Shown here: positions 18,379 to 30,658 of the stretch, one piece after another
Layout of the letters: every line of letters begins with the position of its first letter
Position numbering within the stretch: position 1 is the first letter of the stretch
Assembly (NCBI GenBank): GCA_038321985.1
Contig: JBBQFN010000006.1
Location: forward strand, 157,332-221,331
Origin: Cyanophyceae cyanobacterium
GTDB taxonomy: Bacteria; Cyanobacteriota; Cyanobacteriia; Cyanobacteriales; Laspinemataceae
Direction of reading: 5' to 3'
Length of the DNA: 64,000 nt
The notes under the pieces: generated by a model
The model's database searches: none
Told to the model about the DNA's origin: nothing
Seen by the model: the letters and a program-made list of their open reading frames with translations, nothing else
Translations under genes and position numbers: made by a program

Positions 18379-19758
18379 TCAACCGTCATCGTGGGTCTTG
18401 GGTACTCGACTCGGCATTTTAGGCAGGGGATAAGACGAAGATAGCGCTTCCTTTTTGGATTGGGCTTCTGCCAAAATGGGGTTAATATCAAACCAACGAC
18501 CGGAGTCGCGATCGCGGTATTCAAACACGAACATACTTCGCAATAAATGTTGATAGGCAGCCTCGCCTCTAACATTTTTAGTGTCATGCACTTGATTGAG
18601 CAGTTCCCAATCCGTTGGGGCGATCGCTAATACCAGGTCGTTCCGCCGTTCCGAAATGACAGTTTCAATCGTTTCTCGATTAAAGGGCGGGTCTTCTTGT
18701 TGTAAACATCGATAGATCAATCCCAATAAGTTTCGCACATGGCCGCCACTAATCCGGCACAAGCGGTCTAAAGTTTCGCTACTGTCAAAGACTTGGGTAA
18801 TTACGTCTAAGCGATCGGCCGGGGTGAGTTCGGGAAAAGCCCGGGCTAGGACCATCTGCCGGAGTAAATCTAAGCCTTCCTCAAAGTCGCTGCCATCGCG
18901 CGATCGCACGGGCACCATTGGTAGCACTTTCGGGGCAACACCCGCCCCTAATCGGCTTTTGAGCGCTTCGGATTCATGGGAAAACATTAGGGAGAGGGGA
19001 ATCGTATAAACTAGATGACATTTGAGCTTGCGAAGTTGTTCTCCGCGATCAACGAATAAGTATTCAGTTTGCGATCGCCCGGAGGGTAACGGTCGATTAT
19101 CCACGCGATCGAGGTTATCCACAATCGCGACTAATCCGCGTTTCCCCCGCCGTTTCAACTCCTCGGTGGCCACGGTGAGAATATCCTCATTAATCGATTG
19201 CAAAATCCCACTGGTGCGGGGTTCTAAATATTGCCTTAACTGAGTTCGTAGTTTGGGGCTTTCTTTGGCTTGGCTGGTAATTTGGGCGATAGAAATAGCT
19301 AACTCCGCAGTGGGATCAATATCAAGCGGCGCTTGCCATACCTCTGTAATTTCTTTAAACAGCTTGGTGAAATAACCCGAAGTGAGGGGAATACCACTCG
19401 CGGTGAGGTTTTCCGTCACCTGCCGGGCGATCGCCAGCAGAATATCGGAAATATCCACATCTGCCATTTCCAAGTCCCGGGAGGACTCAAAATAAACTAC
19501 ATGGAATTCCGCCTCTTCCAATTGAGACTTTAACCGCAGCAACTCGGTCGATTTCCCACAACCAATATGTCCCGTAAATAATTGACAAGTAGGGATATCC
19601 GGAGACAAGCGAGTAATAGTTCTCCCCAACTCCTCGATAATTTTACCCCCCCGAACCCCAGAGAAATCAATATAATACGGTCTATCCTCCGGATTTCCAA
19701 TGGATAACGTCTTACTGGGGTTACACGCTTGATAAAATTTTCGTAAATTAATTTCCAT
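18379..19758 (-). CDS. P-loop ATPase (STAND/KAP-like), co-transcribed with the WD40 protein
   Basis: Walker A GHIGCGKSTEL, Walker B IVDNLDRV, SGGHVRNLL. Probable start ATG 19758 (MEINLRKFYQACNP); the ORF track extends to 19848. Stop is 3 bp from the next start. Confidence 0.85.
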   Translation of the reverse strand: MEINLRKFYQACNPSKTLSIGNPEDRPYYIDFSGVRGGKIIEELGRTITRLSPDIPTCQLFTGHIGCGKSTELLRLKSQLEEAEFHVVYFESSRDLEMADVDISDILLAIARQVTENLTASGIPLTSGYFTKLFKEITEVWQAPLDIDPTAELAISIAQITSQAKESPKLRTQLRQYLEPRTSGILQSINEDILTVATEELKRRGKRGLVAIVDNLDRVDNRPLPSGRSQTEYLFVDRGEQLRKLKCHLVYTIPLSLMFSHESEALKSRLGAGVAPKVLPMVPVRSRDGSDFEEGLDLLRQMVLARAFPELTPADRLDVITQVFDSSETLDRLCRISGGHVRNLLGLIYRCLQQEDPPFNRETIETVISERRNDLVLAIAPTDWELLNQVHDTKNVRGEAAYQHLLRSMFVFEYRDRDSGRWFDINPILAEAQSKKEALSSSYPLPKMPSRVPKTHDDG

Positions 19759-20403
19759 CACCCTTGCCCTGTATTTTTGAACTGGGTAGAAGCCATTAAT
19801 CCCCTGCAAGAAAAACCGAAAGGTCAATACTTCTAACATTAACAGCAAATGGGTTTTTTTCCCATCAGGGTTTTTCTGTTGGAGACTTCCCCTAGCCCAG
19901 TTACTTCGCCCCTGTTGCCTCCGTTAAAACCGACCACTTCAGGGCTGTTTCGGTTCTGCTGTCTCGGTTGACAGAGGGAGTCGAATGGGGTACTCAGGTT
20001 CTTTAGTTGTTGTCCTTGATGGGTGCAGACTCGCGAGAGAGATTTCACGCCACAACTTGTCTTTTGTCTCCTTAGCAGAGCCGTTGTGCAACCCTTTCGA
20101 TGTGGGTCCCTGGAATTTTTCGATTTTGAGAGACAATCCTACTTTTGTCGATCTCAACTCGATTTAAAAGTGATTAAATTTTCTGCTCCGCACCCCTGCC
20201 TCCTTACTCACCCCTCACTGTGAGTTCCCCAGGTTTCTGCACCGGGAAAACCGCCGCCCTTTTGCGGAGTCCGGGAGAGAATTATCTAGGGCCTGATCGC
20301 CCAATTTTAGACCTATTTCCTAGGTTGTTATTCAATTGCTGACCTTCCTGGTGAAGCGATGGATTCTGAGTCTGGAATCAACTGTTGTTAGGGAACTTAG
20401 GGC

Positions 20404-20646
20404 TTATTGGCAAATCCCTAATAACTCGCATTTTCCCGGTTGTTCACCCCTTGCAGCCACCAGTTGTTCTAGGGGCCTAGAGCTATCCCTAGTGACGAGG
20501 GATTGGGATTGACGCCCTAAAAATATTTCAGAGTCAGGAGCTTTTAATATTCCCTCTCTAGCGAAAGTATTGCTGCCATTCGTTACCAAAACTGGCAGGG
20601 CAAATAGTAGACTCAACAGTTTGGGATTCATCAATTTGATATTCAT
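20404..20646 (-). CDS. Small secreted protein or peptide precursor with C-terminal C-x5-C
   Basis: MNPKLLSLLFALPVLVTNGSNTFA signal-like N-terminus; C-terminus QLVAARGEQPGKCELLGICQ. Start could be 20646 or 20631. Confidence 0.6.
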   Translation of the reverse strand: MNIKLMNPKLLSLLFALPVLVTNGSNTFAREGILKAPDSEIFLGRQSQSLVTRDSSRPLEQLVAARGEQPGKCELLGICQ

Positions 20647-21403
20647 GGTCTCAATCATCTCCTGGGATAATAGGTTAAGCACCCTCTTTTATTCCTTGAC
20701 TTTTTTGTTGTAACTTAAGTTGCTATTTCTGATTATCTCTTCCTAAGTCAGGATATTTCATCCGCCTAGGGGTAGGACCTAGAAATGCTCGAATTCCGGA
20801 CAAAAATCTACCCATTTAGGGAAATGTTTGGCAGGCTTCGTCCGGTTGATGAAGCCACTCGATTCACTGAAGGCTTTTACACCTTTGAGTGCGATCGCCA
20901 CCCGTTGTAGTCCTCCTCAATCCAACTCCCTTAATTTTGTCGATTTCTCATCCAAAATAGGAGTAATGTCGTGACAGTTCCGACAATGGATTCTCCCGGT
21001 GAGTTCATTCTCCTCCTTTAGGGTTATGCGACCGTCCTACGCCAGGGATAACCTTGACTCCAATGCCGGCAATCCTCCGGTTTTTCACCCCTCTATCGGT
21101 TCGGGTCTCGGCCGATCGCACCTTGGCTCGCTACGGAGGACAGGACGAGATGTGGCACAGTCTCCGGCCACAAATCAGCCACTCTTGGGAAGTCTACCTT
21201 TATTGTACCAAAAATGGAAATTGCGTAAACACCACAGACTAACATTAACGGCAGCCATCGGCTAAAATACTGGGAAAATGCTCGCCCTATATGGAACTGC
21301 GATCGCGGGTTGAGAATCGAACACCCATAACTTCCATCCCCCTGTCTGGGACACTCTACAGAGGAATCCCCAAAAATCCGGGCTGGAACTCTAAATAAGG
21401 GGG

Positions 21404-24400
21404 TTATAACTTGTCGTTGACCGTTAACGGATCTAACCCCTCCCAGACTTTGGAGATGCCATGTCTGAGGAAATACTCGCAGCGTTCCACATAGAACCGA
21501 GCCGCTTGGTCTTGAGGGTTGTTTTCTAATACTTTTCTAAACAGTTGATGAGCTTCGGCAAATTTTTCCCCTTGATACAAGACAATCCCGCGCTCGAATT
21601 TAGTCCGGGAGCCGAGCTTTATATCAATCAAACTTTGAGGATAGCAATCAAGCACTTCAAACACCGCAACGGAATCTTTTTTCCCTTTGACTTGAACCTT
21701 TCCTAAGAACCGATAATTGTATTTAGTGGGGTCATCTAAATGGATTAAAGTTTGTCCACTGATCACGATAGCGGCCCCATACAATTTGGTTAGTCCTTCC
21801 ATCCGAGAGGCCAGATTCACCGCATCAGAAATCACCGTGGTTTCCATCCGCTGTTCTTCCCCGATCGTCCCCAGCATCAAGCTCCCCGTATGCAACCCAA
21901 TCCCGATCGCGATCGGCATATAGCCGCTCTTTTGGCGGTGCAGGTTATAGATCATCACCTGTTTTTGCATCTCGATCGCCGCCCGCATGGCATCCTCTGC
22001 TGTATCAGGAAATAGCGCCATCACTGCATCCCCAATATATTTATCAATAAACCCATGATGATTTCTAATCACCGGACCGACGCGACTCAAGTAAGAGTTA
22101 ATAAAGTTGAAATTCTCCCGAGGGGACATCCGTTCTGAGAGGGTCGTAAAGGAGCGAATATCAGAGAACAGAATAGTCATATCTTTTTGAACCTGATCCC
22201 CTAATTGCACATCGAGAATCGTATCATAGCCCAGAAACTGGATAAACTCTCGCGGCACAAATCGAGCATAAGCCAAGTTGATTTTTGAGAGTTGGATGTG
22301 CATTTTAATCCGCGCCAACAACTCATTTTTAGAAATAGGTTTGGTCAGATAATCATTGGCCCCGGACCCGAAGGCTTCCATCATGTCTGAGGCTTGATTT
22401 CGGGCGGTTAACAGTACCACAGGAAGTTCGTTAGCCGGGAACTTTTCCCGAATGCGCTGGCACACTTCATAGCCCGTCATTTTCGGCATCATCACATCCA
22501 GAAGAATCAAATCGGGTCTCAAGCCATTTTCGATTTCCGCTAAGGCTTCCGGTCCGTTACTGGCGGTGGCGATCGCATAATTTTCTAGGGAAAGATGGTT
22601 GACAAGCACTTGTAAATTAATCGGTTCATCATCGACGATTAAAATTTGGAACTCGCCATTACTGCGGGTCCGCCACCCCTCCATCGGGGCGATCGGCAGG
22701 GCGATTGGCACGGTTTCTTCAGCCGCGATCACCGGTTCTGGAGGCTCAATCACGGGTAGTTCTATGTGCTGAATCTGGTTCGCTGAGATGGGTAGGGTAA
22801 AGGTAAACCGGGAACCTTCCCCCACCGCAGACTCAACCCAAATTTTGCCCCCGTGCAGTTCCACCAGTTGTTTGGCGATCGCCAACCCTAGCCCGACACT
22901 GCCATAAGCGCGGAGTGAGGAACCATCGGTTTGCTGAAACAGTTCAAAAATGCGAGTTAACTTACTTTCCGTAATCCCAATGCCGCTATCGGAGACGGTA
23001 ATTGCTAAATATAAATGTCGGTTTTCCGAACGGTCCTCAGGGTGAGAACTTTCTCCTGGGGGGATGGAATGGGGATATCTCACATGACTCCATCCCCCGT
23101 CCTCCATTTCGCCGTCGTCGTCTTCCGTCATCAGTCCTTCTTGCCCGGACAACACCGTAGCTGAGACTTCAATGGTTCCGGAATCTGTATATTTGACCGC
23201 ATTCCCGACTAGGTTATGTAGAATCTGCTGGACTCGGTTCTCATCGGCATCTACCAGGGGAACATCTTTACCCACAGCATTCACCAGTTGCAGAGATTTG
23301 TTTCCCGCCGAGGCTTGACAGATCGTCAGGACAACATTGCTAATTTCTCGCATTCCCAACGGTTTAAGGTCGAGTTGGATATTTTTATGCTTGAGTTTGG
23401 AAAAGTCGAGCAAATCGTTTACCAATTGCGCCAAAGTCCGACCACTAGAAACGACTAAGGACAGATTGGCGCGTTGCAGTTCGCTCAAGTCTCCAGTGGC
23501 TCCATCCAGCATAGATTCGGTAATTCCGATAATGCCATTGAGGGGGGTGCAAAGTTCGTGGGAGGTACTGGCGAGAAATTCATCTTTAAGCTCATCTAAG
23601 TCTTGCAAAGCCCGATTTTTTGTTTCCAACTCTTGAGAGGAAGTGAGTAAGTTGGTGTAGAGGCGGGCATTATCGATGGAAATGGCCGCTTGGGAGGAGA
23701 GAAGTTTTAAGACTTCCAAGCGGTCCGGGGTAAAGGCTCCGGTGGTAATGTTATTTTCGAGATAGAGAATTCCGATGAGTTTGCCCTGATGAACAATCGG
23801 TGCACAGAGGATAGACTGGGGCTGATGGTCGATAATATAATGATCGTGAGCGAAGCGTTCATCGGCGATCGCTTCTTTAATGACTACGGATTCCTGAGTC
23901 CGCGCGACATAGTTAATGATAGATAAGGGCAGATGAGCGCTGGTTTCAACGGTGAGATGCTGACCGATGGTAATATCATTTTCTTCCGTCGTTCCCGTAG
24001 CTTCTATATAAAGTTTATTATCATCTTCTAAAATCAAGGAAATGGTTTCTGCCCCTGCATTTTCCATCACGATTTTCATCAGCTTTTTGAGCAGATTATC
24101 CAGGACCATTTCCCCATTAATGGCGGCGGAGGCTTTCACAAAGGCGGTCAAATCCAGTAAGCCCGCATGAGAGCCAGTGGTGGTAGAAAGGGTAGTTGTG
24201 TTCATGACGCCCCCCTGTCCCTCTACGCTGCCTCGGGCGATGGAATGGGGATAGGTGGCGTCTAATTCGCTGACTTTGCGCGTGGCACCCCAGCGCAGGT
24301 AGGCATAATAGGCGTCAGTGATATAGGTGGCAGCTATTTTTTCGAGGTTGAGCTGTTGATAGAATTCTCCCGCCCGTTCTCCGGCGATCGCGGCTTCATG

Positions 24401-27400
24401 AATATAGCCATATTTACGGGCTGATTTTACGGCGCGATCGTAATGAGACATCGCGGCTACAGTTCGACCCAAAACTCGTGCCTTTTCTGCCTCTACCAAT
24501 TCATATTTATGTCGATAGGTTTGCGGGGCGTGTAAGGCCCATCGCTTCATTTTTTGTTGAGCGATTTGGACCTGGATCAATCTTTGAATTTTTTGAGCAG
24601 GAGTCCCTTGGGGATACAGAGCAAGTAAGGCCAGAGACTGGTAAAAATTGTGTTCGTTGACACTGACCAGCCCCACTACGCCAGCTTGATAATTTTCCGC
24701 TAATTTGGCATAATAAACCGCTCGTTCATATTCCCTAAATAAATAACATAAGATGGTTTTTGCCAGATAAGCCGCAAAAACCGACATGGTATTTTGAGAC
24801 TCAATCAAAGTGGGTAAGCGGGTTTCTTCATCAAAGCTCTCTCCACTCAAGATGCAGGGATTGAGTAATTCCCCTTGTAAGTTCATCACGAATTGTCTCC
24901 AAATTCGTGCATAATGAATGTGGAAATCGAGCTTAAGCTGGACCATCCAAGCAATATAGTGATCCGATTCTGCCGCCACTGAATCGAGGGGTTCTCCCCG
25001 AAATAAATTATGGTTGCAATAATGGAGGGCCGCGTGTCCGGCCCATTCGATATCCCCGGTTTCTAGCCCACTTTGGAAAGCATCTCGGAGGGGTTCGATG
25101 GTATCTTGGAGGGGAATTTTTCCGTGTTTGATATGGGCATAAACTAAATCCTTGACCTTCGCTTTCATGGTTTTGTCGTCAAATTGCTGCAATAGCCGCA
25201 AGGCGAGTTCCCCACTGCGATCGCCCCCTTTAATATCCGACCAAGAAGCGGACAACAGCACCCCATAAAATCCGTAGGCAAAGGCCGATAGCACGGAGTT
25301 TCCATACTTTACGCAAAGGTCAATCATCGTATAGACAACCAGATGCAGCATATTCACTGAAGAAACATAGGCTGCTGGAGTCATCGCTACTAAAATTCTC
25401 ATCGCGGCCAACTTTTCCGGATTGCTCATCGGCGGTAAGGCCGCTAAATCCGCAATACTCTTACGTTTTAAAATCCATTTGGTGCGGATTGCTCCCCAAA
25501 ACCGATGGAATTGATTCGGCTCCTTAGGCAGGGTCACCCCTAACAATTTAAGGACTACCGAACCTGTATCGAGAGCCTTATTCATTTGATTTTGAGAAAC
25601 ATAAGATTGGATTGTTTTTTCGTAGATCCCAATCTTTTCTAACAAAGTCCGGGTATTTTGTAGAGCTTCTTGGGCTAGTTCATTAGCTTTTTCATAATTT
25701 CCAATTAAATACTCTGCTTCAATTAATTCGTTATAAAGGTTGAGGGTGAAATCATAAAAAGAAAACCAGCTATCTTCGGGTAAGAGTTCCCGACCTTTCG
25801 ATAAATATTTAACGGCATTTTGATAGGCCATTGCCGCCTTGGCCTTTTGACCGGCTAGGAGGTTCAAGTGGGCGATTTTGTTGTTTTCAGATTGAGAGGC
25901 AATTAGGCTCAATCCGATATTCAAATGATTAACAATTTCAAATAATTTTTCTTCCCGTTCTTCTGGGGTAGAATGTTTAAGTAGGAGCTTCCCGACTTTG
26001 AGATGGACCTGGTTTTTGCGCTCTTCGGAAATGAGAGAATAGGCGACTTGAGCAACGCGATCGTGCAAAAACTGATAGGCAACGACTAAATTATCCACCG
26101 GCAAGGCAACGGGTTCTTCATTGCCAAACAGTAAGGGAATTTTATAAGTATTTTCGACCGGCAGAATCAATCCTTGCTGTACTGCTTCCTGAAGGTCCGT
26201 AGCTGTGGCCGATAGGGATTTTTCATTAACGAGGGCCAAGATATCGATATAAAAAACGTTCCCAATACAAGCTGCAACTTGTAATGCTTTTTGGGTATTT
26301 TCTGGAAGCTGCTGAATTTTGCTAACCATTAAATCCACCACATTATCTGTGATGGAAAGTTGCTCAATCCCCGAAATATCCCATTCCCACCGACCCGCGC
26401 TCAAGTTACAAACCAGGAGGTTTTCTTGGATCAGGGAATTGAGCAGCATCCTCACAAAAAAGGGGTTACCATGGGTTTTCTGGTAGACCAGTTCTGCTAA
26501 GGGCCGAGACCTCACGGTTGGACAGCTAAGGGTATCGGCAATCAGTTGGTTAAGACAGTCAATATCTAATGCTTCGAGGGCGATCGTTGTGACCCGAACT
26601 CCGGACTGTTGAAACCGGCGAATCGTTTGCAATACTGGATGACTAGGCGTCTCAATTTCGTTCTCTGGATAGGCTCCAATTAACAATAAATATTGGCTAT
26701 CCGAGGCACTGACGATCGCGTGTAACAGGGTCATGGATGCAGCATCCGCCCAATGTAAATCATCTAAAAACAGGACCAGAGGATGCTCTTGGGTCGTAAA
26801 AACACTGAGGAATTTTTGAAAGAGTAAACTGAACCGATTCTGAGATTCTGAAGGGGGCAGAACAGGTACGGGGGGCTGCTTACCGATAATCAGTTCAACT
26901 TCCGGAATTACATCAATAATGACTTGACCACTTTTGCCAATTTGCAATAAAATTTGCTCTTGCCACTGGGTGATCCGCTCTTCACTTTCACTCAAGATCA
27001 GGCGAATTAATTGCTGGAAGGCTTCAATCAGTCCCCCGTAGGGGATATTAGTTCGATACCGCTCAAATTTTCCAGAAATAAAATAAGCGTTTTGTCGGAT
27101 GATGGGTTGGTGCATCGCCTCAATTAAGGCAGATTTTCCCACACCAGAATATCCACAAATGAGGACAACTTCACAGCGAGAGGGGTTAATTTCTCCGGTT
27201 CTGCCCCCAGTGGAAATCGGAGAAGGGGACGGAGTTTTCCGGCGGATTCTCCCGTACGCTTCTTGCAGAATTGATAGTTCGCGATCGCGCCCATAAAGTT
27301 TTTCGGAAACAAGCAGTTCCCCTGATAAATCTTCCTGACCCAAGGGAAATTTAAGAATTTTTCCTGTTTCTATCAATTGCTGTAAACAGTTTGCCAAATC

Positions 27401-28195
27401 ACCTTTGAGTCCGTAGGCACTTTGATAGCGCTCTTCGGGGTTTTTGGCTAGCATTTTCATGACAATGTTAGAAACGGCTCGCGGAATTTCTGGCTTAACT
27501 TCGTTGAGGGGACGAGGATTTTTTGCCAAATGCGCGTGTACAATTTCCATCGGGTCCGTGCCTTTAAAGGGGAGTTCTCCGAGGAGCATTTCATAAAAAC
27601 TCACCCCCAGAGAATAAAAGTCAGACCGATAATCCAAAACCCGATTCATCCGTCCGGTTTGTTCCGGAGACATATAGGGCAACGTCCCTTCCACTGTTCC
27701 AGCAGTGAGGGCTTTCTGCACCATGGAAATACTAAAATCTGTAATTTTTACTTGCTGGGTTTTCCCGTGAATAATAATATTTAAAGGATTAAGGTCCCGA
27801 TGAATAATATGTAAATTATGAATTTCTCCTAAAATTTCCGCGAGTTGGACTGCTATCTGTAAAAACTCTTTTAAATTTAATGAGTATCCGGCCAAATATT
27901 CTTTCAGCGAAACCCCGCCCATATCTTCTATGACTAAGGCAAGCTGATTATATTCAAAAGTTTCCAAGGCATAAACCTTGATAATTCCTGAACTATTCAA
28001 ATTCCGCGTAATTTCATATTCATGATAAAGTTTTGCCAGTTCCTCCGGGGTGGGATACTCGGCTTTTAGCAACTTGAGGATCACTCGCTGGTCGTCGAGT
28101 TCTCGTTGAGCGCGATAAACGATGGTGTTAACACCTTCGTAAACTTTTTCGATGATAGTATAGCCAGGAAGAGCGATCGTCATGGGTCTCAACAA
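21404..28195 (-). CDS. Multidomain signalling protein: Ser/Thr kinase-AAA-helical-GAF-HisKA-HATPase-REC-class III adenylate cyclase
   Basis: [54 protein letters not shown] and [37 protein letters not shown]. Start may be ATG 28183. Confidence 0.92.
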   Translation of the reverse strand: MLRPMTIALPGYTIIEKVYEGVNTIVYRAQRELDDQRVILKLLKAEYPTPEELAKLYHEYEITRNLNSSGIIKVYALETFEYNQLALVIEDMGGVSLKEYLAGYSLNLKEFLQIAVQLAEILGEIHNLHIIHRDLNPLNIIIHGKTQQVKITDFSISMVQKALTAGTVEGTLPYMSPEQTGRMNRVLDYRSDFYSLGVSFYEMLLGELPFKGTDPMEIVHAHLAKNPRPLNEVKPEIPRAVSNIVMKMLAKNPEERYQSAYGLKGDLANCLQQLIETGKILKFPLGQEDLSGELLVSEKLYGRDRELSILQEAYGRIRRKTPSPSPISTGGRTGEINPSRCEVVLICGYSGVGKSALIEAMHQPIIRQNAYFISGKFERYRTNIPYGGLIEAFQQLIRLILSESEERITQWQEQILLQIGKSGQVIIDVIPEVELIIGKQPPVPVLPPSESQNRFSLLFQKFLSVFTTQEHPLVLFLDDLHWADAASMTLLHAIVSASDSQYLLLIGAYPENEIETPSHPVLQTIRRFQQSGVRVTTIALEALDIDCLNQLIADTLSCPTVRSRPLAELVYQKTHGNPFFVRMLLNSLIQENLLVCNLSAGRWEWDISGIEQLSITDNVVDLMVSKIQQLPENTQKALQVAACIGNVFYIDILALVNEKSLSATATDLQEAVQQGLILPVENTYKIPLLFGNEEPVALPVDNLVVAYQFLHDRVAQVAYSLISEERKNQVHLKVGKLLLKHSTPEEREEKLFEIVNHLNIGLSLIASQSENNKIAHLNLLAGQKAKAAMAYQNAVKYLSKGRELLPEDSWFSFYDFTLNLYNELIEAEYLIGNYEKANELAQEALQNTRTLLEKIGIYEKTIQSYVSQNQMNKALDTGSVVLKLLGVTLPKEPNQFHRFWGAIRTKWILKRKSIADLAALPPMSNPEKLAAMRILVAMTPAAYVSSVNMLHLVVYTMIDLCVKYGNSVLSAFAYGFYGVLLSASWSDIKGGDRSGELALRLLQQFDDKTMKAKVKDLVYAHIKHGKIPLQDTIEPLRDAFQSGLETGDIEWAGHAALHYCNHNLFRGEPLDSVAAESDHYIAWMVQLKLDFHIHYARIWRQFVMNLQGELLNPCILSGESFDEETRLPTLIESQNTMSVFAAYLAKTILCYLFREYERAVYYAKLAENYQAGVVGLVSVNEHNFYQSLALLALYPQGTPAQKIQRLIQVQIAQQKMKRWALHAPQTYRHKYELVEAEKARVLGRTVAAMSHYDRAVKSARKYGYIHEAAIAGERAGEFYQQLNLEKIAATYITDAYYAYLRWGATRKVSELDATYPHSIARGSVEGQGGVMNTTTLSTTTGSHAGLLDLTAFVKASAAINGEMVLDNLLKKLMKIVMENAGAETISLILEDDNKLYIEATGTTEENDITIGQHLTVETSAHLPLSIINYVARTQESVVIKEAIADERFAHDHYIIDHQPQSILCAPIVHQGKLIGILYLENNITTGAFTPDRLEVLKLLSSQAAISIDNARLYTNLLTSSQELETKNRALQDLDELKDEFLASTSHELCTPLNGIIGITESMLDGATGDLSELQRANLSLVVSSGRTLAQLVNDLLDFSKLKHKNIQLDLKPLGMREISNVVLTICQASAGNKSLQLVNAVGKDVPLVDADENRVQQILHNLVGNAVKYTDSGTIEVSATVLSGQEGLMTEDDDGEMEDGGWSHVRYPHSIPPGESSHPEDRSENRHLYLAITVSDSGIGITESKLTRIFELFQQTDGSSLRAYGSVGLGLAIAKQLVELHGGKIWVESAVGEGSRFTFTLPISANQIQHIELPVIEPPEPVIAAEETVPIALPIAPMEGWRTRSNGEFQILIVDDEPINLQVLVNHLSLENYAIATASNGPEALAEIENGLRPDLILLDVMMPKMTGYEVCQRIREKFPANELPVVLLTARNQASDMMEAFGSGANDYLTKPISKNELLARIKMHIQLSKINLAYARFVPREFIQFLGYDTILDVQLGDQVQKDMTILFSDIRSFTTLSERMSPRENFNFINSYLSRVGPVIRNHHGFIDKYIGDAVMALFPDTAEDAMRAAIEMQKQVMIYNLHRQKSGYMPIAIGIGLHTGSLMLGTIGEEQRMETTVISDAVNLASRMEGLTKLYGAAIVISGQTLIHLDDPTKYNYRFLGKVQVKGKKDSVAVFEVLDCYPQSLIDIKLGSRTKFERGIVLYQGEKFAEAHQLFRKVLENNPQDQAARFYVERCEYFLRHGISKVWEGLDPLTVNDKL

Positions 28196-28682
28196 TAGTC
28201 GGTAAGTAAGCGTCAGAATGAAAAAGGGTTTGCTGTCCAGTTCAAGACTGGTTTGTTCTCACTTACCCCCTCCAATGCTCAATTAAAACTGATGCAATAG
28301 GCGGAGGCAGACACTCCCTGTGCCTGGATTATGTTCCTCCATCGGTGGTGTTGGCAGACCCCATTGGGACTGACTCCCGTCTTGATTGAATCCCTGCACT
28401 CCACGCCAGGGCCTTTGTGATGGGCGATCGCCGCTTGATCGAAACTCAAATGGTTCCTTTCACCTAAGCAAAACGATACCCTGTCACTGGACATGGCGTC
28501 GAAACAGAATCCTTGGCAAACCACTGCTGGAGGGAGGTGCACCCCGTTGCCCTCAAAGTGTGGATTAAATCCATCGGAGTCTATGAATCTCTATTCTTAT
28601 CATAAGACGCCTTCGAGAGCTTTTCCGCCCCCGTGCCTGACTGCGAGGGAGTAACAGGGGGCGGGGTTTCAAACCCACGCCT

Positions 28683-28710
28683 GTAGAGACAGGACAGATC
28701 CCGTCTCTAC
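28683..28710. repeat. 28-bp GTAG-type REP-like palindrome (copy 1)
   Basis: GTAGAGAC-AGGACAGATCCC-GTCTCTAC; same ends and length as 43043-43070 and 55350-55377. Confidence 0.75.
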
Positions 28711-29083
28711 ATCGGTTAAAAACCGACTTAAATGCTTTCATCCCAAGGGGTTTAAGGGAGTCACCCCTCCCTAAACCTCGGAACCCGGACGGTTGGAATC
28801 GATGCACTCAACGGCAATCAAACCGGAGTGCTTAGGTTTAAAGGGAGTTGGTAGGGTCCAGGACTAGAGACACCCATATCCGTACTGGACTCACCCAAAC
28901 TACTGCTCATTGATTTTAAAGCTAATTTCAAGACTGTGCTGAAATTGTGCTGAAACGGTTGCTGGAGATAAACTATTTCGGAAGGGTTATAGGAGAAAAC
29001 AGGGGGACTGCCACCTTGAATCGATCGCCAAGGGGTGCGAGAACTCGCACCCCCTGAAGAATAGCCCCCATGATGCCCCTTCT

Positions 29084-29677
29084 TCAAGATTCCCGGACTC
29101 GTGAAGAAGGGGTCCATCCTGGACGACAAGTGCCGCCGGTGCAATCGAGATCCAATTCGTGCCAGTACAGAGTCGGAACGCCCCAACCGCGATCGCCTGC
29201 GTGTTCCTGTCCCAACCAGCGATTTTCTAAATAATCATTCGGCGATTCATACCGATGGGGATGCCAGTAGGGAACCGTCAAGGACCCATACACCTTCCGA
29301 TACTCGTCTGAATCGATCAGTGCCGATACCATTGCCCCCACGCCATGTTCAACGAGCAACCCATCACACTCACGAATTTCGGTTTCATCATGAGGCGATC
29401 GCCCTAAAAAATGCTTAAACGCATTTTCAATAAATTTAACATTTGAACTTTTTTCATAGAAACTTTCTAAGTAAATTGAAGAAACAGCTATACTTTTCAA
29501 AAAATGCCGAATCCCAATTTTTCCCTTAAAAAATTCTTTTTCTAACCCTGCTAATTTTTTTCGTTCAAATTGATAAGGCTGCCGTTCCAGGACTTGATGA
29601 TAAATTTGTTTGAGTACCCGTTCTCTTTCTTCGACCGATGCTTTCTGATGCATCTTCACTGGTTCTTGCAAGCTCAT
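29084..29677 (-). CDS. Phycobilisome linker-polypeptide domain protein
   Basis: QIYHQVLER...LEKEFFKGKIGIRHFLKSIAVS...FIENAFKHFLGRSP...ALIDSDEYRKVYG-x-x-TVPY matches the PBS linker domain; extra C-terminal tail with CTGGTC. Confidence 0.85.
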   Translation of the reverse strand: MSLQEPVKMHQKASVEERERVLKQIYHQVLERQPYQFERKKLAGLEKEFFKGKIGIRHFLKSIAVSSIYLESFYEKSSNVKFIENAFKHFLGRSPHDETEIRECDGLLVEHGVGAMVSALIDSDEYRKVYGSLTVPYWHPHRYESPNDYLENRWLGQEHAGDRGWGVPTLYWHELDLDCTGGTCRPGWTPSSRVRES

Positions 29678-29855
29678 GGTCCACTCCTATTTTTCTGAAT
29701 AAACCGACTGGCATATCAATCGCGCTAATCGGGGGCTTTTTTCCTAGATCCTCACCCTGCATCGAGTGTAGGTTTTGCCCAATCTTTAGTTTGGTGTTCA
29801 GACTTGCGCGTGGTTTTAACTTTTGTGCACTCCCAGAGACTTTTTACCCGTAGTC

Positions 29856-30368
29856 CTAACTCGCGATCGCCCCTTTTTGAACATTCGCCATCAGTTTAGG
29901 CGGAATATCTAATGCCTCAATCATCCGATTCAAATAAGGATCAAGGTACTGATTGACAGGACTCGGTAGATGAGAACTGGTGGTTTCTTTCAGACAGCGA
30001 TAGGCTACCTCACAAGAATTTTGTCTCTGATAGGCTGTCAAAATATTAACTTGCCATAAGACCAAGGCATCATTAAAGAAGCGGGGGTCATCCTTGAGAA
30101 TTGCTAAGGCACTGTACCGCATAACTTGAGTCATATCGTAATAACAGCGCTGTCCGTGTTTTTGCATAATATCTGGATGCAAGGACATAAATTTTTTTAA
30201 GGCATGACGCACCAGAAGGTCTCCCTTCTCCCGCAAAATTTCGTAACATTTTACCCGCTCTGCAAAGGTTTGCAGATAGCGTTTCATGGATTGCATATCT
30301 CCGCTACTCAGATATCGCCCTTCGTTTTCGTTAATCAGTTCTTGTAACTTAGAATTAATAGCCTGCAT
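29856..30368 (-). CDS. Phycobiliprotein-like (globin-fold) protein, not a canonical Apc/Cpc subunit
   Basis: EGRYLSSGDM and RCYYDMTQVMRY correspond to the phycobiliprotein D-x-x-G-R-Y-L and C-x-R-D-x-x-x-x-L-R-Y motifs. Confidence 0.75.
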   Translation of the reverse strand: MQAINSKLQELINENEGRYLSSGDMQSMKRYLQTFAERVKCYEILREKGDLLVRHALKKFMSLHPDIMQKHGQRCYYDMTQVMRYSALAILKDDPRFFNDALVLWQVNILTAYQRQNSCEVAYRCLKETTSSHLPSPVNQYLDPYLNRMIEALDIPPKLMANVQKGAIAS

Positions 30369-30658
30369 TGCATCCCCCTATTTTTGAACGCCCTATCAGT
30401 ATCTAGTTCTAGTGTTATCGATCCCCGACCCTTCCGGCAAGAGATTGATGTAATTTTTAATATTTCAGTAAATACCCTGAAATGGACAACTGACAGCAAG
30501 GGGTGCGACATGGCGATCGCTCCGGGGTGTAACGGACATTAACCCTCCCCTGGGCCAAGATTTGGGATTATCTTACAAGGTGAATCAGTTTCCGAAGGGT
30601 TAGCGGACCTTTAAGGGGTCAACCGGCTGATATTCCCAGTGCACTTATGGCAGTTTAC

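Noticed and set aside
20999..21265. Two overlapping plus-strand short ORFs
   Set aside because: No motif or clear RBS; cannot be supported as genes.
28560..28920. Possible CRISPR leader/array or structured RNA
   Set aside because: No regularly spaced direct repeats and no recognisable ncRNA motif; only REP-like palindromes are supported.
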